Assembly: GCA_038087875.1 (NCBI GenBank)
Contig: CM075994.1
Span: forward strand, 10,604,001-10,668,000
Reading direction: 5' to 3'
From: Malacoraja senta
Lineage: Eukaryota
DNA length: 64,000 nt
In this document: piece by piece, positions 25,601 through 36,509 of the stretch
Position numbering within the stretch: position 1 is the first letter of the stretch
Layout: each line of letters opens with the position of its first letter
Made by a program: the position numbers and the translations under genes
Notes under the pieces: generated by a model
The model's input: only the letters and a program-made list of their open reading frames with translations
What the model was told of the DNA's origin: nothing
Databases searched by the model: none

Positions 25601-28600
25601 GTACCCCGTTCCTGCCTTCTCCCCATATCCCCCGACTCCGCTATTTTTAAGAGCCCTATCTAGCTCTCTCTTGAAAGCATCCAGAGAACCGGCCTCCACC
25701 GCCCTCTGAGGCAGAGAATTCCACAGACTCACAACTCTCTGTGTGAAAAAGTGTTTCCTCGTCTCCATTCTAAATGGCTTACCCCTTATTCTTAAACTGT
25801 GTGGCCCCTGGTTCTGGACTCCCCCAACATCGGGAACATGTTTCCTGCCTCTAGCGTGTCCAATCCTTTAATAATCTTGTATGTTTCAATAAGATTCCCT
25901 CTCATCCTTCTAAACTCCAGTGTATACAAGCCCAGCCGTTCCATTCTATCAACATATGACCTGCCCCTTATTCTTAAACTGTGTGACCCTTGGTTCTGGA
26001 CTCCCCCAACATCTGCACATGGTCCTCTAAAGTCTAACTCGTACCCCTATCCCTAAATCAGCCCGGGTTTGAATCACCCCACACTCGTTAGTCAGATGAG
26101 TTTATTGTCACGTGTACCGAGGTACAGTGAAAAGCTTTTGTTGCGCGCTAACCAGTCAGCGGAAAGACAATACATGATTACAATCGAGCCATTCAGAATG
26201 TACAGATACACGATCAATGGAATAACGTGAATAGTGCAAGATAAAGCCAGTAAAGTCCGATCAAATATAGTCCGAAGGTGGACAAAAATGCTGGAGAAAC
26301 TCAGCGGATGAGGCAGCATCTCTGGAGCGAAGGAATAGGTGACGTTTCAGGTCGGAAGTGCGGAGCCGACTGTCTCCGCCTCTTCCTTTGTTCTCCCCCC
26401 GCCCCACCCCCACAGCAGTCTGAAGAAGGGTCTCACTCCCGAAACATCACCTATTCCTTCGCTCCATGGACGATGTCTCGCCCGCTGAGTTTCTCCAGCA
26501 TTTCTGTCTATCTTCGATTTTTCCGGCATCTGCAGTTCCTTCTTAAATATAGTCCCAAGGTCTCCAGTGAAACGTTAGGCCCTTATCCCAGTCCTGGGAA
26601 AATCGGGATGTACAAACAATGACTTGCAGATGCTGGTTAATACTTAATGGGACACAGAGTGCTGGAGTAACTCAGCGGGTCAGGCAGCATCTCTAGAGAA
26701 TATGGATGGATAACGTTTTGGGTCGGGACCAGAAGACTGATTTTTTTCCCGAAAAGTCGCCCATCCATGTTCTCCAGAGATGCTGCCTGACCTGCTGAGT
26801 TTAGTTTTTTAATTTTACTTCGGAGATACAGTGTGGAAATAGGCCTATCGGCCCACCGAGTCCACACTGACCAGTGATCCCCCCCGCCCTAAAGGGCCTG
26901 TCCCACTTTCACCACCTAATTCACCACCTTTTTTACTCGAGGACATTTTTCATCATGTTGAAAAAACGCCCCGACCTACTTGATGCCACGACTACCTACG
27001 ACTAGCATCACGACCTGCTACGACCTTGTGACAACCATTCTGCGAGTATGAGTCAAGGGCAAACTCGGCAGAGGTCGTGAATTAGGTGGTGAAAGTGGGA
27101 CAGGCCCTTAACACTATCCAACACACCAGGGGCAAATTTACAATTTTACCGACGCCAATTAACCTGCAAAGCCGCACGCAGTTGGAGTGTGAGAGGAAAC
27201 CGGAGCACCCGGAGAAAATTCACGTGAGAACATGCAACATCCGTACAGACAGCACCCGTTGTCAGGATCGAACCTGGATCCCTAGCGCTGTGAGGCATCA
27301 TCTCTACCCCTGCGCCACTCTGCCGTCCCTAGGACATAAGAACACAAAGTGCTGGAGTAACTCAGTAGGTCAGGCAGCATCTCTAGAGAACATGGATAGG
27401 TAACGTTTCGGGTCGGTTATCTGAAGAAGGATCTCAACCTGATACGTCACCGACCCACGTTCTCCAGAGATGCTGCCTGACCCGCTGAGTTACTCCAGCA
27501 CTCTGTGAAACGTCACCTATCCATGTTCTCCACAGATGCTGCCTGACCCGTTGAGTTACTCCAGCACTCTGTGAAACGTCACCTATCCATGTTCTCCACA
27601 GATGCTGCCTGACCCGCTGAGTTACTCCAGCACTCTGTGAAACGTCACCTATTCATGTTCTCCACAGATGCTGCCTGACCCGCTGAGTTACTCCAGCACT
27701 CTGTGAAACGTCACCTATCCATGTTCTCCACAGATGCTGCCTGACCCGCTGAGTTACTCCAGCACTGTAATCAGCAACCTCACTGCAGAGCCCTCCTGTG
27801 TTAGAGACATTAGGTGCAGGAGTAGGTCATTCGGCCCTTCGAGCCAGCACGGCCATTCAATGTGATCATGGCTGATCATCCACAATCTGTACCCCGTTCC
27901 TGCCTTCTCCCCATATCTCCTGACTCCGCTATCTTTAAGAGCCCTATCTAGCTCTCCCAGGAATTAACCTTGTGAACCTACGCTGCACTCCCTCAATAGC
28001 AAGAATGTCCTTCAAATTTGGAGACCAAAACTGCACACAATAGTCCAGGTGTGGTCTCACTAGGGCCCTGTACAACTGCAAAAAAAACTCTTTGCTCCTA
28101 TGCTCAACTCCTCTTGTTATGAAGGCCAACATGCCATTCGCTTTCTTCACTGCCTGTTGTACCTGCATGCTTACTTTAATTGACTGATGAACAAGGACCC
28201 CCCAGATCCTGTTGTACTTCCCCTTTTCCCAACTTGACACCATTTAGATAATAATCTTCCCTCCTTTTTTTGCTACCAAAGTGGATAACCTCACATTTAT
28301 CCACATTAAACTGCTTCTGCTGTGCATCTGCCCACTCCCCCAACCTGTCCAAGTCACCCTGCATTCTCATAGCATTCACTGCACAGTTCACACTGCCACC
28401 CAGCTTTGTGTCATCTGCAAATTTGCCAATGTTACTTGTAATCCCTTCATCTAAACCATTGATGTATATTGTAAATAGCTGCGGTCCCAGCACCGAGCCT
28501 TGCGGTACCCCACTGGTCACTGCCTGCCTTTCTGGAAGGGACCCGTTAATCCTTACACTTTGTTTCCTGTCTGCCAACCAATTTTCTATCCATGTCAGCA

Positions 28601-30849
28601 TTCTAACCCCAATACCATGTGCCCTAATTTTGCCCACTCATCTCCTATGTGGGACCTTATAAAATGCTTTGTGAAAGTCCAGGTACACTACATCCACTGG
28701 CTGTCCCTTGTCCATTTTCCTAGTTACATCCTCAAAAAATTCCAGCAGATTAGTCAAGCAAGATTTCCCCTTCGTAAATCATGCTGATTCGGACCGATCC
28801 TGTTACTGCTGTCCAACCTGTCCAAGTCACCCTGCATTCTCATAGCATCCTCCTCACGGTTCACACTGCCACCCAGCTTTGTGTCATCTGCAAATTTGCT
28901 AATGTTACTTTGACGCTCTTCATCTAAATCATTGATGCATATTGTAAATAGCTGCGGTCCCAGCACCGAGCCTTGCGGTACCCCACTAGTCACTGCCTAC
29001 CATTCTGAAAGGGACCCGTTAATCCCTACTCTTTGTTTCCTGTCTGCCAACCACTTCTCTATCCATGTCAGCACTCTACCCCCAATACCAGGTGCCCTAA
29101 TTTTGCCCACTAATCTCCTATGCGGGATCTTATCAAATGCTTTGTGAAAGTCTAGGTTCACTACATCCACTGGCTCTCCCTTGTCCATTTTCCCACGGAG
29201 CCGACACTCGGCTGCATTCTCTGGGAACACGCGAGCAGGAACGTTGTGATTTTTCTCGTCCGGCAGGCCACGCTGAGACAGGAAGGGCTGCTCGGTCAGT
29301 TCAAGAAGAGTCGGGCTGTAGCTGTACACACCTCCGCTGCCCTGTCTGATCAACCGGAGCTACCTACACCCCTACTGCCGCCACAGGCATCGAGGCCCAG
29401 AGCCAAGGACTCCAGCAAAGGTAACAATGACCATTCAGTTTCCAGATAACAATGGCAACAGAAAATACGATACGATAGAACTTTATTTATCCCAGGAGGG
29501 GAATTGATGTGCCCAGTCATGAAAACACAAAATACATAAAGTTGTACATGAAATGGTGCTGCAATGTCAGTTATGTCATATGTTGAAAGAGTGGAGTGAC
29601 TGGGCTTGTATACTCTGGAATTTAGAAGGATGAGAGGGTACCTTATTGAAACATATAAGGTTATTAAAGGATTGGGCACGCTAGAGGCAGGAAACATGTT
29701 GGGGGAGTCCAGAACCAGAGGCCACAGTTTAAGAATAAGAGGTAGGCCATTTAGAACGATGAGGACAAACATTTTCACCCAGAGAGTTGTGAGTCTGGAA
29801 TTCTCTGCCTCAGAGGGCGGTGGAGGCCAATTCTCTGGATGCTTTCAAGAGAGTCAGATAGAGCTCTTAAAAATAGCGGAGTCGGGGCATTTGGGGAGAA
29901 GGCAGGAACGGGGTACTAATTGGGGATGATCAGCCATGATCACAATGAATGATAGTGCTGGCTTCGAAACTTCACCTATTCATCTCCCCCAAAGATGCTG
30001 CCTGATCCGAGTTACTCCAGCACTTTGCGTCCTGTTGTGTATTAACCAGCATCTGCAGTTCTTTGTTTCTAGATCATAACATTGGCATTTGACATTGGCA
30101 TTGACATTAGCGTCAGCTAGTATTAAACGTGCCTTTCAGACTCAAAATGCTGGAGTAACTCAGCGGGACAGGCAGCACTTCTGGATAGAAGGAATGGGTG
30201 AAGTTTCAGGTCGAGACCCTTCTTCACACTGAGAGTCAGGGGAGAGAGGGTGAGGTGTGAAAATGAGACATCCAAAGAGATGGGGAAATCAAGGAACGTG
30301 TGGAATAGATCATCGTTAGCTGGGAGAAGGTAACAACAAAGGAAACAGAGATAACGTGTAATCCGGGGCTGTCAGACTCAGATACTAGAGGATGGGGAGG
30401 AAGGATGGGAGGGAAATGGGCAGAAACAGATAGAATAAGCAGGGAGGAAAACATTTAAAAAGAAAATCAACAAAAAGATGTGAATTGGTAGATGAGCTAA
30501 ATCACACACACATACTGTTCCCCCGCAACACCAAGAGGCATAAGGGAAGTCGGGTTCCTAAAATGGCAGACGTTCCGCTCCGTTGCGTACTACACCTCTG
30601 TCCATTGGATTTTGCAGGAGTGGTCTATCTTGGCCTATGATCTTTGGTCAGACGGGTTCAAGAACTGGGAAGGGGGAGGGACGGGGAGAGAGGGAAATCA
30701 AGGGTCATGAAAGCTGTGGAGTAATAGGTTATTTTACTCTTCCAGATTCTCTTGCAGAGGTCCTGGACGAACTGCAGGCTCTGAGTGCAGCAGTGATCGC
30801 CGACCAAGAGGAGAGGGAGGTGACTGACGAGGAGGAAAGGACAGATTAG
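2947..30849 (+). CDS. CCHCR1: CCHCR1 (coiled-coil alpha-helical rod protein 1), 3' part, spliced from 10 exons; 5' exons lie upstream of the window
   Basis: AG/GT-bounded exons at 2947-3057, 4819-4925, 7234-7346, 8698-8775, 11742-11866, 13282-13470, 21353-21454, 24887-25038, 29267-29420 and 30746-30849. They translate to a coiled coil including [26 protein letters not shown]...[16 protein letters not shown]...[14 protein letters not shown], matching the recalled human CCHCR1 C-terminus ([26 protein letters not shown]...RDKNLMLATLQQEGLL...SLSVLLDDLQDLS). All phases join except 8775/11742. Confidence 0.92.
3190..4308. mobile_element. CR1 3' fragments (minus then plus) with an intervening V-SINE piece
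   Basis: Same CR1 peptides and 3' UTR. Confidence 0.85.
4401..4430 (-). ncRNA. Minimal type I hammerhead ribozyme motif
   Basis: CUGAAGA-A-GGGU(CUCG)ACCC-GAAA-CG-UC. Confidence 0.7.
4819..4925 (+). CDS. CCHCR1: CCHCR1 exon ([35 protein letters not shown])
   Basis: ccttgcag| acceptor, |gtagg donor, phase 0/2. Confidence 0.85.
4950..5220 (+). mobile_element. HE1-type V-SINE (tRNA-derived head, V domain, LINE-derived tail)
   Basis: GGTGGCGCA A-box-like and GGTTC B-box-like head; V core GGAGTTTGTAC.TTCTCCC.GTGACC..GTGGGTTT.CTCC.GGTGCTCCGGTTTCCTCCCACA. Confidence 0.8.
5351..5765 (-). mobile_element. Short non-autonomous RTE-clade (BovB/Expander-like) element; its 5' part is duplicated at 6198-6330
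   Basis: 5' leader GCCACCTTGTCGTGGTGGAG...GGTAGGGCCACCCATG...CTGACAAAGAGC resembles recalled RTE 5' UTRs; GATGATGA tail; AGGATAGA on both flanks inside a V-SINE. Confidence 0.65.
7234..7346 (+). CDS. CCHCR1: CCHCR1 exon ([37 protein letters not shown])
   Basis: ctttag| acceptor, |gtggg donor, phase 2/1; resembles human LNNRLSYAVRKVHTIRG. Confidence 0.87.
7533..7795 (+). mobile_element. HE1-type V-SINE
   Basis: GGTGGCGCAGCGG A box, GGTTCGATCCC B box, V domain. Confidence 0.85.
8698..8775 (+). CDS. CCHCR1: CCHCR1 exon ([16 protein letters not shown]...)
   Basis: cactag| acceptor, |gttggt donor; resembles human GLIARKLALAQLRQE; end phase conflicts with the next exon by 1 nt. Confidence 0.75.
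8842..9521 (-). mobile_element. Penelope-like element 3' fragment (GIY-YIG endonuclease end plus hammerhead tail)
   Basis: [21 protein letters not shown]; 13-bp target duplication GCCAACCAAGATG at 8829-8841 and 9522-9534. Confidence 0.88.
8942..8971 (-). ncRNA. Minimal type I hammerhead ribozyme motif in Penelope tail
   Basis: GGU-CUGAAGA-A-GGGU(CUCG)ACCC-GAAA-CG-UC-ACC; GGU/ACC can form stem I. Confidence 0.75.
9557..11385 (-). mobile_element. Cluster of CR1 3' fragments with V-SINE pieces
   Basis: Repeated CR1 3' UTR and RT C-terminus. Confidence 0.85.
11742..11866 (+). CDS. CCHCR1: CCHCR1 exon ([41 protein letters not shown])
   Basis: cccacag| acceptor, |gtgagt donor. Confidence 0.88.
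12435..13880 (-). mobile_element. Two CR1 3' fragments (12435-13233, 13495-13880) flanking a CCHCR1 exon
   Basis: [13 protein letters not shown]...[10 protein letters not shown]1 tail. Confidence 0.88.
13282..13470 (+). CDS. CCHCR1: CCHCR1 exon ([21 protein letters not shown]...[14 protein letters not shown])
   Basis: tttag| acceptor, |gtgagt donor, phase 1/1. Confidence 0.88.
14120..14822 (-). mobile_element. Unclassified GC-rich non-autonomous retroelement; related fragment at about 57100-57310 (+)
   Basis: Shared sequence (GGCCCCGACCACGGG..GAACAAGG) between the two sites; LINE-like 3' tail with AGTAAA and TTGAAC repeats. Confidence 0.5.
14860..15090 (-). mobile_element. Tc1 transposase C-terminal fragment
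   Basis: [34 protein letters not shown]. Confidence 0.8.
15368..16150 (+). mobile_element. Rex1/Babar-clade LINE 3' fragment; its 3' UTR resumes at about 21192-21340
   Basis: [46 protein letters not shown]; tail AATAAA plus (CTTGA)n at 21312-21340. Confidence 0.88.
16517..20971 (-). mobile_element. Second CR1 family, 5'-truncated, RT domain (16517-18529 plus 20724-20971)
   Basis: [14 protein letters not shown]; halves rejoin in frame (EIYNN-YRQHG) at a duplicated ATTAT; (ATATGGTT)n tail. Confidence 0.9.
18530..20723 (-). mobile_element. Young 5'-truncated CR1 with an uninterrupted ORF of about 700 codons (RT and C-terminus)
   Basis: ORF 18626-20764: [35 protein letters not shown]. Confidence 0.95.
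21353..21454 (+). CDS. CCHCR1: CCHCR1 exon ([34 protein letters not shown])
   Basis: ccccgcag| acceptor, |gtgagt donor; most conserved segment. Confidence 0.92.
21771..22272 (+). mobile_element. Rex1/Babar LINE 3' fragment
   Basis: [29 protein letters not shown](CTTGA)n tail. Confidence 0.8.
22663..26012. mobile_element. Cluster of CR1 3' fragments around the 24887-25038 exon, including a family whose tail (GGGCCGAAGGGCCTGTTTCC) is shared with the V-SINEs
   Basis: CR1 peptides; SINE/LINE tail sharing as known for the HE1/HER1 pair. Confidence 0.82.
24887..25038 (+). CDS. CCHCR1: CCHCR1 exon ([51 protein letters not shown])
   Basis: atccag| acceptor, |gtgggt donor, phase 1/0. Confidence 0.9.
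26893..27108. mobile_element. PIF/Harbinger-type MITE inserted in a minus-strand V-SINE
   Basis: TIR AGGGCCTGTCCCACTTTCACCACCTAATTCAC; TAA duplicated at 26890-26892 and 27109-27111; host SINE rejoins. Confidence 0.85.
27469..27766 (+). repeat. 66-bp tandem repeat (about 4.5 units) derived from a Penelope tail
   Basis: GATGCT starts at 27469, 27535, 27601, 27667, 27733. Confidence 0.9.
27805..29192 (-). mobile_element. CR1 RT fragments with an internal duplication
   Basis: [10 protein letters not shown]...FADD occurs twice. Confidence 0.88.
29267..29420 (+). CDS. CCHCR1: CCHCR1 exon ([16 protein letters not shown]...AKDSSK)
   Basis: cggcag| acceptor, |gtaac donor, phase 0/1. Confidence 0.9.
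30379..30646. mobile_element. Non-autonomous hAT-like element (GATCTTTG end); related fragment at about 56927-57097
   Basis: 8-bp flanks GTCAGACT/GTCAGACG; internal similarity to the 56.9-kb copy; left TIR degenerate. Confidence 0.55.
30746..30849 (+). CDS. CCHCR1: CCHCR1 last coding exon ([34 protein letters not shown])
   Basis: cttccag| acceptor, TAG at 30847-30849; candidate AATAAA at 31243-31248. Confidence 0.88.
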
Positions 30850-31271
30850 GCGGAAGAGAGGCCGACCAAAGTCTTCCGCGGACAAGACGAGTGGATGGAA
30901 AGTGATGAAGATTGGAGCTCGCTGCTCCCAGAGTGCCGAGGCTGTTCTTCATCGCAGTGGTTTCCAAGCGCCTTTTGTAGCGAGTGGGCCTCGCATACGG
31001 AGTCATGTGAGGATCGATCAGTGTGACTGAGGCAGTAGCTGCAAGGCTGGGACCACTTCCGTCCGCCATCACAGCAAGCATCAGACCACCAGTAAACATG
31101 ACTAAGCAAATTTCAGCGATATAGCCGATGCTTCACCAGCAAGCATCAGATGGCATATCACGAGTAAAATGATTAAGCATGTTTCAACTCTACAGCTGGC
31201 GTTTCATTGCAAAAGTAAAAGAGAACCACAGAAACTTAAAAAAATAAAAACAATTTAAAAATGTGCCTTCC

Positions 31272-31586
31272 TTTAGTTTCGTTTTTAGTTTAGAGATACA
31301 GCGCGGAAACAGGCCCACCGGGTCCGCGCCGACCAGCGATCCCCGCACATTAACACTATCCTACCACCAGGGACATTTTTTTTAACATTTATACCAATCC
31401 AATTAACCTACACACCTGTACGTCTTTGGAGTGCGGGAGGAAACCGAAGATCTCAGGGGGAAACCCACGCTGGTCGCGGAGAGAACGTACAAACTCCGTG
31501 CAGACAGCACGAGTAGTGGGGATGGAACCCGGGTCTCCGGCGCTGGAGTCAGGCAGCAACTCTACCGCTGCGCCACCGTGACCGCC
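31272..31586 (-). mobile_element. Full-length HE1-type V-SINE
   Basis: tRNA-like head, V domain, tail CTGTATCTCTAAACTAAA. Confidence 0.85.
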
Positions 31587-34500
31587 GGGGCAGAGTTAAT
31601 TTAACACCAATAAACAGCACCACGTTTTCAGCCTCTGAACACCAGATGATATAGATCATAGTGATAAAGAGCAGTCACGAGCTCAAATGAAATGGACAGG
31701 GTCTGGAGACGGTGCAGAGGGTTACAAGAATGATCCCAAGAATTAGTAAGTTAACATATGAGAATTTGATGCCACTGGGCCTGTATTCGCTGGAGTTCAG
31801 AAGAATGAGGGGGGGATCCTCATTGAAACATACAGAATATGTACAATGTTGGGCGGGTCCAGAACCAGGGGCCACAGTCTTAGAATAAAGGAGAGGCCAT
31901 TCAAGACTGAGGTGAGAAACAACTTTTTCACCCAGAGAGTTGTGAATTTGTGGAATTCCCTGCCACAGAGGGCAGTGGAGGCCAAATCACTGGATGGATT
32001 TAAGAGAGTTAGATAGAGCTCTAGGGGCTAGTGGAATCAAGGGATATGGGGAGAAGGCAGGCACGGGTTATTGATTGGGGACGATCAGCCATGATCGCAA
32101 TGAATGGCGGTGCTGGCTCGAAGGGCCGAATGGCCTCCTCCTGCACCTATTTTCTATGTTAATAGTGAAAGGCTTGGATAGAATGGATGTGGAGAGGATG
32201 TTTCCACCGGTGGGAGAGTCCAGGACTGGAGGTCATAGCCTCAGAATTAAAGGACATTCTTTTAGGAAGGGGATGAGGAGGAATTTCTTTAGTCAGAGGG
32301 TGGTGAATCTGTGGAACTCTTTGCCATAGAAGGCTGTGAGGGGCAAAGTCAGTGAATATATTTAAGGAAGAGATTGATAGATTTTTGATTCGTACGGGTG
32401 TCAGAGGTTATGGGGAGAAGGCTGAACAAAGAGGTTAGGAGAGAGAGATAGGTCAGCCACGATTGAATGGCGGAGTAGACTTGATGGGCCAAATGGCCTC
32501 ATTCTACTCCTATCACTTATGCTTTGAAACTTCAGTATGTATCAATATTCCTCAAACTTGCTTCATTTAAACTATTCCGATCAGGAATTTTATAAATACT
32601 GTACTCTTTTTTGAAGCGGGCCTTTTACAAAGAGCTAATGTTAGTTTGAAAACTCGCATATATTATGTGCACAATATTATATTTGAAAGACAATAATCAG
32701 GTTTACCAGATTTTTTTAATTGTAAATAACATGTATATAGTGCTGAGGAACACGACTTTGAAATAAACTCAATACTAAAATAAATCCAAATGTGAAAATA
32801 TGGCATGCAATAACCCAGGTGTTTAACTCCGCTTTACAAAGCAAAGGCATAACTTGGACCCCGACTTAAACTGTAAGTAATCACCTAAATACTTTCATGA
32901 ATAATCATCAGCCCATCTGGCTCAGAAATTAATACAGTACTTGATTCTTTGAGTCACAGACTGGTTTCATTGCCAATCCTGTGTTGAGTTTGAAGGCAAG
33001 CAAAATTGAACAATTGATCATTGCATCTTTGGGTTTAGACAAATAAACAAAGCAACCAGATTTCATGCATCCGATTGACGCAAGTAACCCCATTATTAGA
33101 AACTGTTTCACTATCCTTATCTAATCCCACTTAGGCAAGTCGCCTCTGTTCCGCCATCCCACTGTATTCTTTGCTGGTTACACTCTCGAGAACGTCCAGA
33201 GAAAAAGATTTGTTAACTTTACGTAGCCTGAAAAAAGAATGAGGGGATATTGCCAATGGAGGGCAGGGGGCAAAAAAAGTGTAAATATTCTTCCTCTGGC
33301 AGGGAGAGGAAATGTAGAAACAAGGAACTGCAGAATAACTTGTAACTGTTTTCAGCTCGGATATTGTAAGCCACTTCCTCTACTATTCTAGGCTTTATTA
33401 ACATCTTGCTCTGGCTGGCAAGAATCTTGAGCAGAAGTCATTTCTATAAATGTAAATAGACTAGATGTCAATATATACATTTGGGGAAGGGGGGGTGAAA
33501 ATAAATCTGTGCTCGAGGCAAGAAATTGCAACTCTGAAGAAGCCAAATTAAACTTGTTTCCACTGTTTTTATCACCATTTGCTTATTGCCAAATTGCCAA
33601 ATTTCCTGCATGGACAAATATTATCACAAGTCTAAAAGAAAAAAATATATAAAACAAAGTGGGACCACTGTCCTTTTAAACAACTTTCCTGGACATTATC
33701 CTAGATTAAATCTAGGATAATAACCATATAACCATTATATGGTTATTATCCTAGATTATACCAGGGGAAACAAAATAATGTGGTCAGTGATAGAAGGCTA
33801 ACTTTGCATTTAATTTTTTAATGCCTGGCTTCATTGTAAATGACATCAAATGCAAAAACATACAACAACAAAAACTTAAATGAAGGCATTTTTAGAAGAA
33901 ACGAGATCTTGTAAACATTTTCACAAGATACGAGAATAGCTGCCCAATCTGGTTGGCGGCAGTAAACGTGTCCAATCTGACCTGATTTCTAAACTCGATG
34001 AACTATTAGCAAGTTGTTTGTTATTGTGATTTTTAAGCTGCTCAGGGACTGGCAATTTGCAAAAAAAACACACAAACCTTTGGAGGTTAAGATAGAGGGG
34101 AACGTTGGAATGATGGGAATAGTTAGTGTGTAGGAAGGAACTGCAGATGCTGGTTTAAACCGACGATAGATATAAAAAGCTGGGGAAACTCAGAGGGTCA
34201 GGCAGCATCTCTGGAGAGAAGGAATAAATGCAAAGAAGGGCACCTATTCCTTTTCTCCAGAGATGCTGTCCAAAAATAACAAAATACCTTTTTAACCATA
34301 TTACTTTCAGAACAGCAAATGTCACCTAATGCAAGAATAAAGAAAATGTGTTATCTGCATTTCCCAAACCCATAACTCCGTATTTCAAGTATTTAGCACC
34401 CTGGTAAATTATTACATCGGGCATAAGTTCGGTATATAATTTTCCTCATTGGCCCCAATATGTAAAGCACATGCAAGCTAAATTGTATCGGAATCATCGC

Positions 34501-34671
34501 TATTCCAATAAACATAAGCAGGGTCTGTTCTGAAAAGGATGGGTTCATTTTTCAGGTGGCAACCTTTGAAACGATACTCAGATGCACCTTATCCGCACAC
34601 ATGAGGAACTCCACCCCCAGCATCCAGCCTGGTCATGGCATGTCTGTTCTCTTCTCTGGGGCAGACACATT

Positions 34672-36509
34672 TCATTTGAAAGAACTTTGCAAGTCCTTGA
34701 TGATCTGCTTTGATTTTTCCGTCGCCAGCGTGTCGCTTTTGCAAGCCATGTTGTGGAGGATGAGCTTGATGGAGCGCCCAAGTTCAACGTAGAACCTCTC
34801 GGGGTCCTTGTTTTTCTTGTGGATCTCCCCCCCGCAGTGCAGGCCAACCACGCGGCCGTCAGCGTTGAAGATGGGAGAGCCGAGGCGGCGTGGTGGAAGT
34901 CAGCTTTGTAGAGGATTGTATTGGGTACCTGGCTCTGTTGAAGGCGTGGCTGGCCACCATGACCATGTCGGGCAGGTAGTTCTCGGCATCTCCGCGGCGA
35001 TGGCTGCCCGCAGGTTTTCCAGCAGGTTGGCGGAGTCCCCTGCTGCCTGCTGGTCGCAACTCATGACTGAGCAAGGGCACACTTTCTTCACCTGCCCGTC
35101 GGGGTGGCCGGCGATGTAGAGGTTGCCGGCTTCTGGCGGCAGCAGGGCGCAGTGCTCCGCCAGCCCCTGCACCCGGGCGGGCTCTCCTGCAACTCCAGCA
35201 TGGCGTAGTCCAGGGCCTGGTCGAAGATCTCCAGCCAGGCGGCCAGCTTGAGCGGCCGGCCCCTCTGCCCGTCTTCCTCGTAGCCGAAGTAGACCTGGCC
35301 GGCGTCGCGGACGGCGGCGGCCAGCTGTCGGGCGGCGAGCTCCCCGCCATCATCTCCACGGCGTGGTAGGAGGTGAGCAGGTACCTGTCCCCTCAGGAAG
35401 AAGCAGCCTGCCTCCTCCCTGGGCGCTGGGCGTTTTGCCAGCTGAGGCAGCCCACGCTGGCCAGGCGGTCGATCACACGGCGGATGGCCTCTGGCCGGGA
35501 TGGGCGACTGGGCCTCCTGGTGCAGCCGGTCAAGTACTGCCTCTCCGACATGTTGCCCAGCTCGGCGTTCCTGGAGACGGCCAGCTTGAACCTGAGCAGC
35601 GCGGCCTTGCGGGCCTCCACATGCCACCGGGGCAAGGGGGTAACGCCCGCTGTCCGGGCGGTGGCAGCGGCACGGCAACGCCTCGGCTGCCCTGCCGGCT
35701 CTCTGCTTCCAGTTCTTGCCGCTGCCGCTCCCGTCGTCTCCTCCCGGCAGCTTCTTCCTGTAGCTGCTCATCTCCACCTGGAAGCTGCGGCCGTTCAGCC
35801 CGTCCACGGCGTGGTTGAACTGGAACTTGCGCGGGGCGGCTCCACCTTCTCCAGCAGCTTGTGGGGTTGTCGTCGTGGGACGCGGGGGTCGAGCGGCCGT
35901 CGGCGGCCAGCGCCTGGCGGACGGTCTGGCCCTCAAAGCCCAGGACGCACAGCTTGGTCTGGCCTGGGCGATGCGGTCGGACAGCACAATGCGCTGGGCG
36001 GTGTTGACCACCGTGCGGCCGCTGGGCTCCACGTAGAACAGGACGTGGCGGAGTCGCGGCGGGTGGCCGGGGGTCACACGCCCCTCGTCCCGCCCCGGGC
36101 CCGGGCCAGCGCAGGAAGAGCAGGCGAAAGTGCGTGTGCTTGCGGCAGGTAGCGGCACGGGATGTCCGCGTTCACCAGGCCCTTCAGTCCCGCCCTCCCC
36201 GTACACCAGGATGGTGCTGTCCACCCTCACCTTCTCCTCGAAGTCGCAGGAGGAACTGAGGGCGGTGATCAGGGCGTCGTCGGGATCGCCGGTGAAGGCG
36301 TACTGGATGTTGTCGGGTCCCCGCACACGCTGAAGGTGGAACTCCTTCCTCGCCAAGCTCTCCGCCCCGCAGTCCATCTGCTCGGCGGAGTTCTTCAGGA
36401 TCTTCCCGTTCTTCGGCACAAACTCCTCCGCGTACGCTGGCTGCTGCAGCTTTCGCTTGTCTCCGGGAGACCGTCGCTCGTCATTTGCCCCCCTGCTGCC
36501 CTTCTTCAG
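34672..36509 (-). CDS. FAM111: FAM111-family trypsin-like serine protease, large terminal exon (about 610 codons, several 1-bp frameshifts in this assembly)
   Basis: Acceptor ttttctgtcttcgcag|CTG at 36509. Frame-stitched motifs are ASVGCLSW, CFFLR.RYLLTSYHAV (His 35363-35365), VYFGYEE, WLEIFDQALDYAMLEL (Asp 35208-35210), LYIAGHPDGQVKKVCPC, YKADFHHAASGSPIFNADGRVVGLHCGG (Ser 34881-34883) and FYVELGRSIKLIL, then TGA at 34672. These match recalled FAM111A motifs (LTCRHV, TFGYEE, ELDYAVLKL, IIGHPYGEKK, GASGSPVF). Functional versus pseudogene status is unresolved. Confidence 0.88.

Noticed and set aside
35373..36152. 259-aa plus-strand ORF
   Set aside because: Antisense shadow of the GC-rich FAM111 exon
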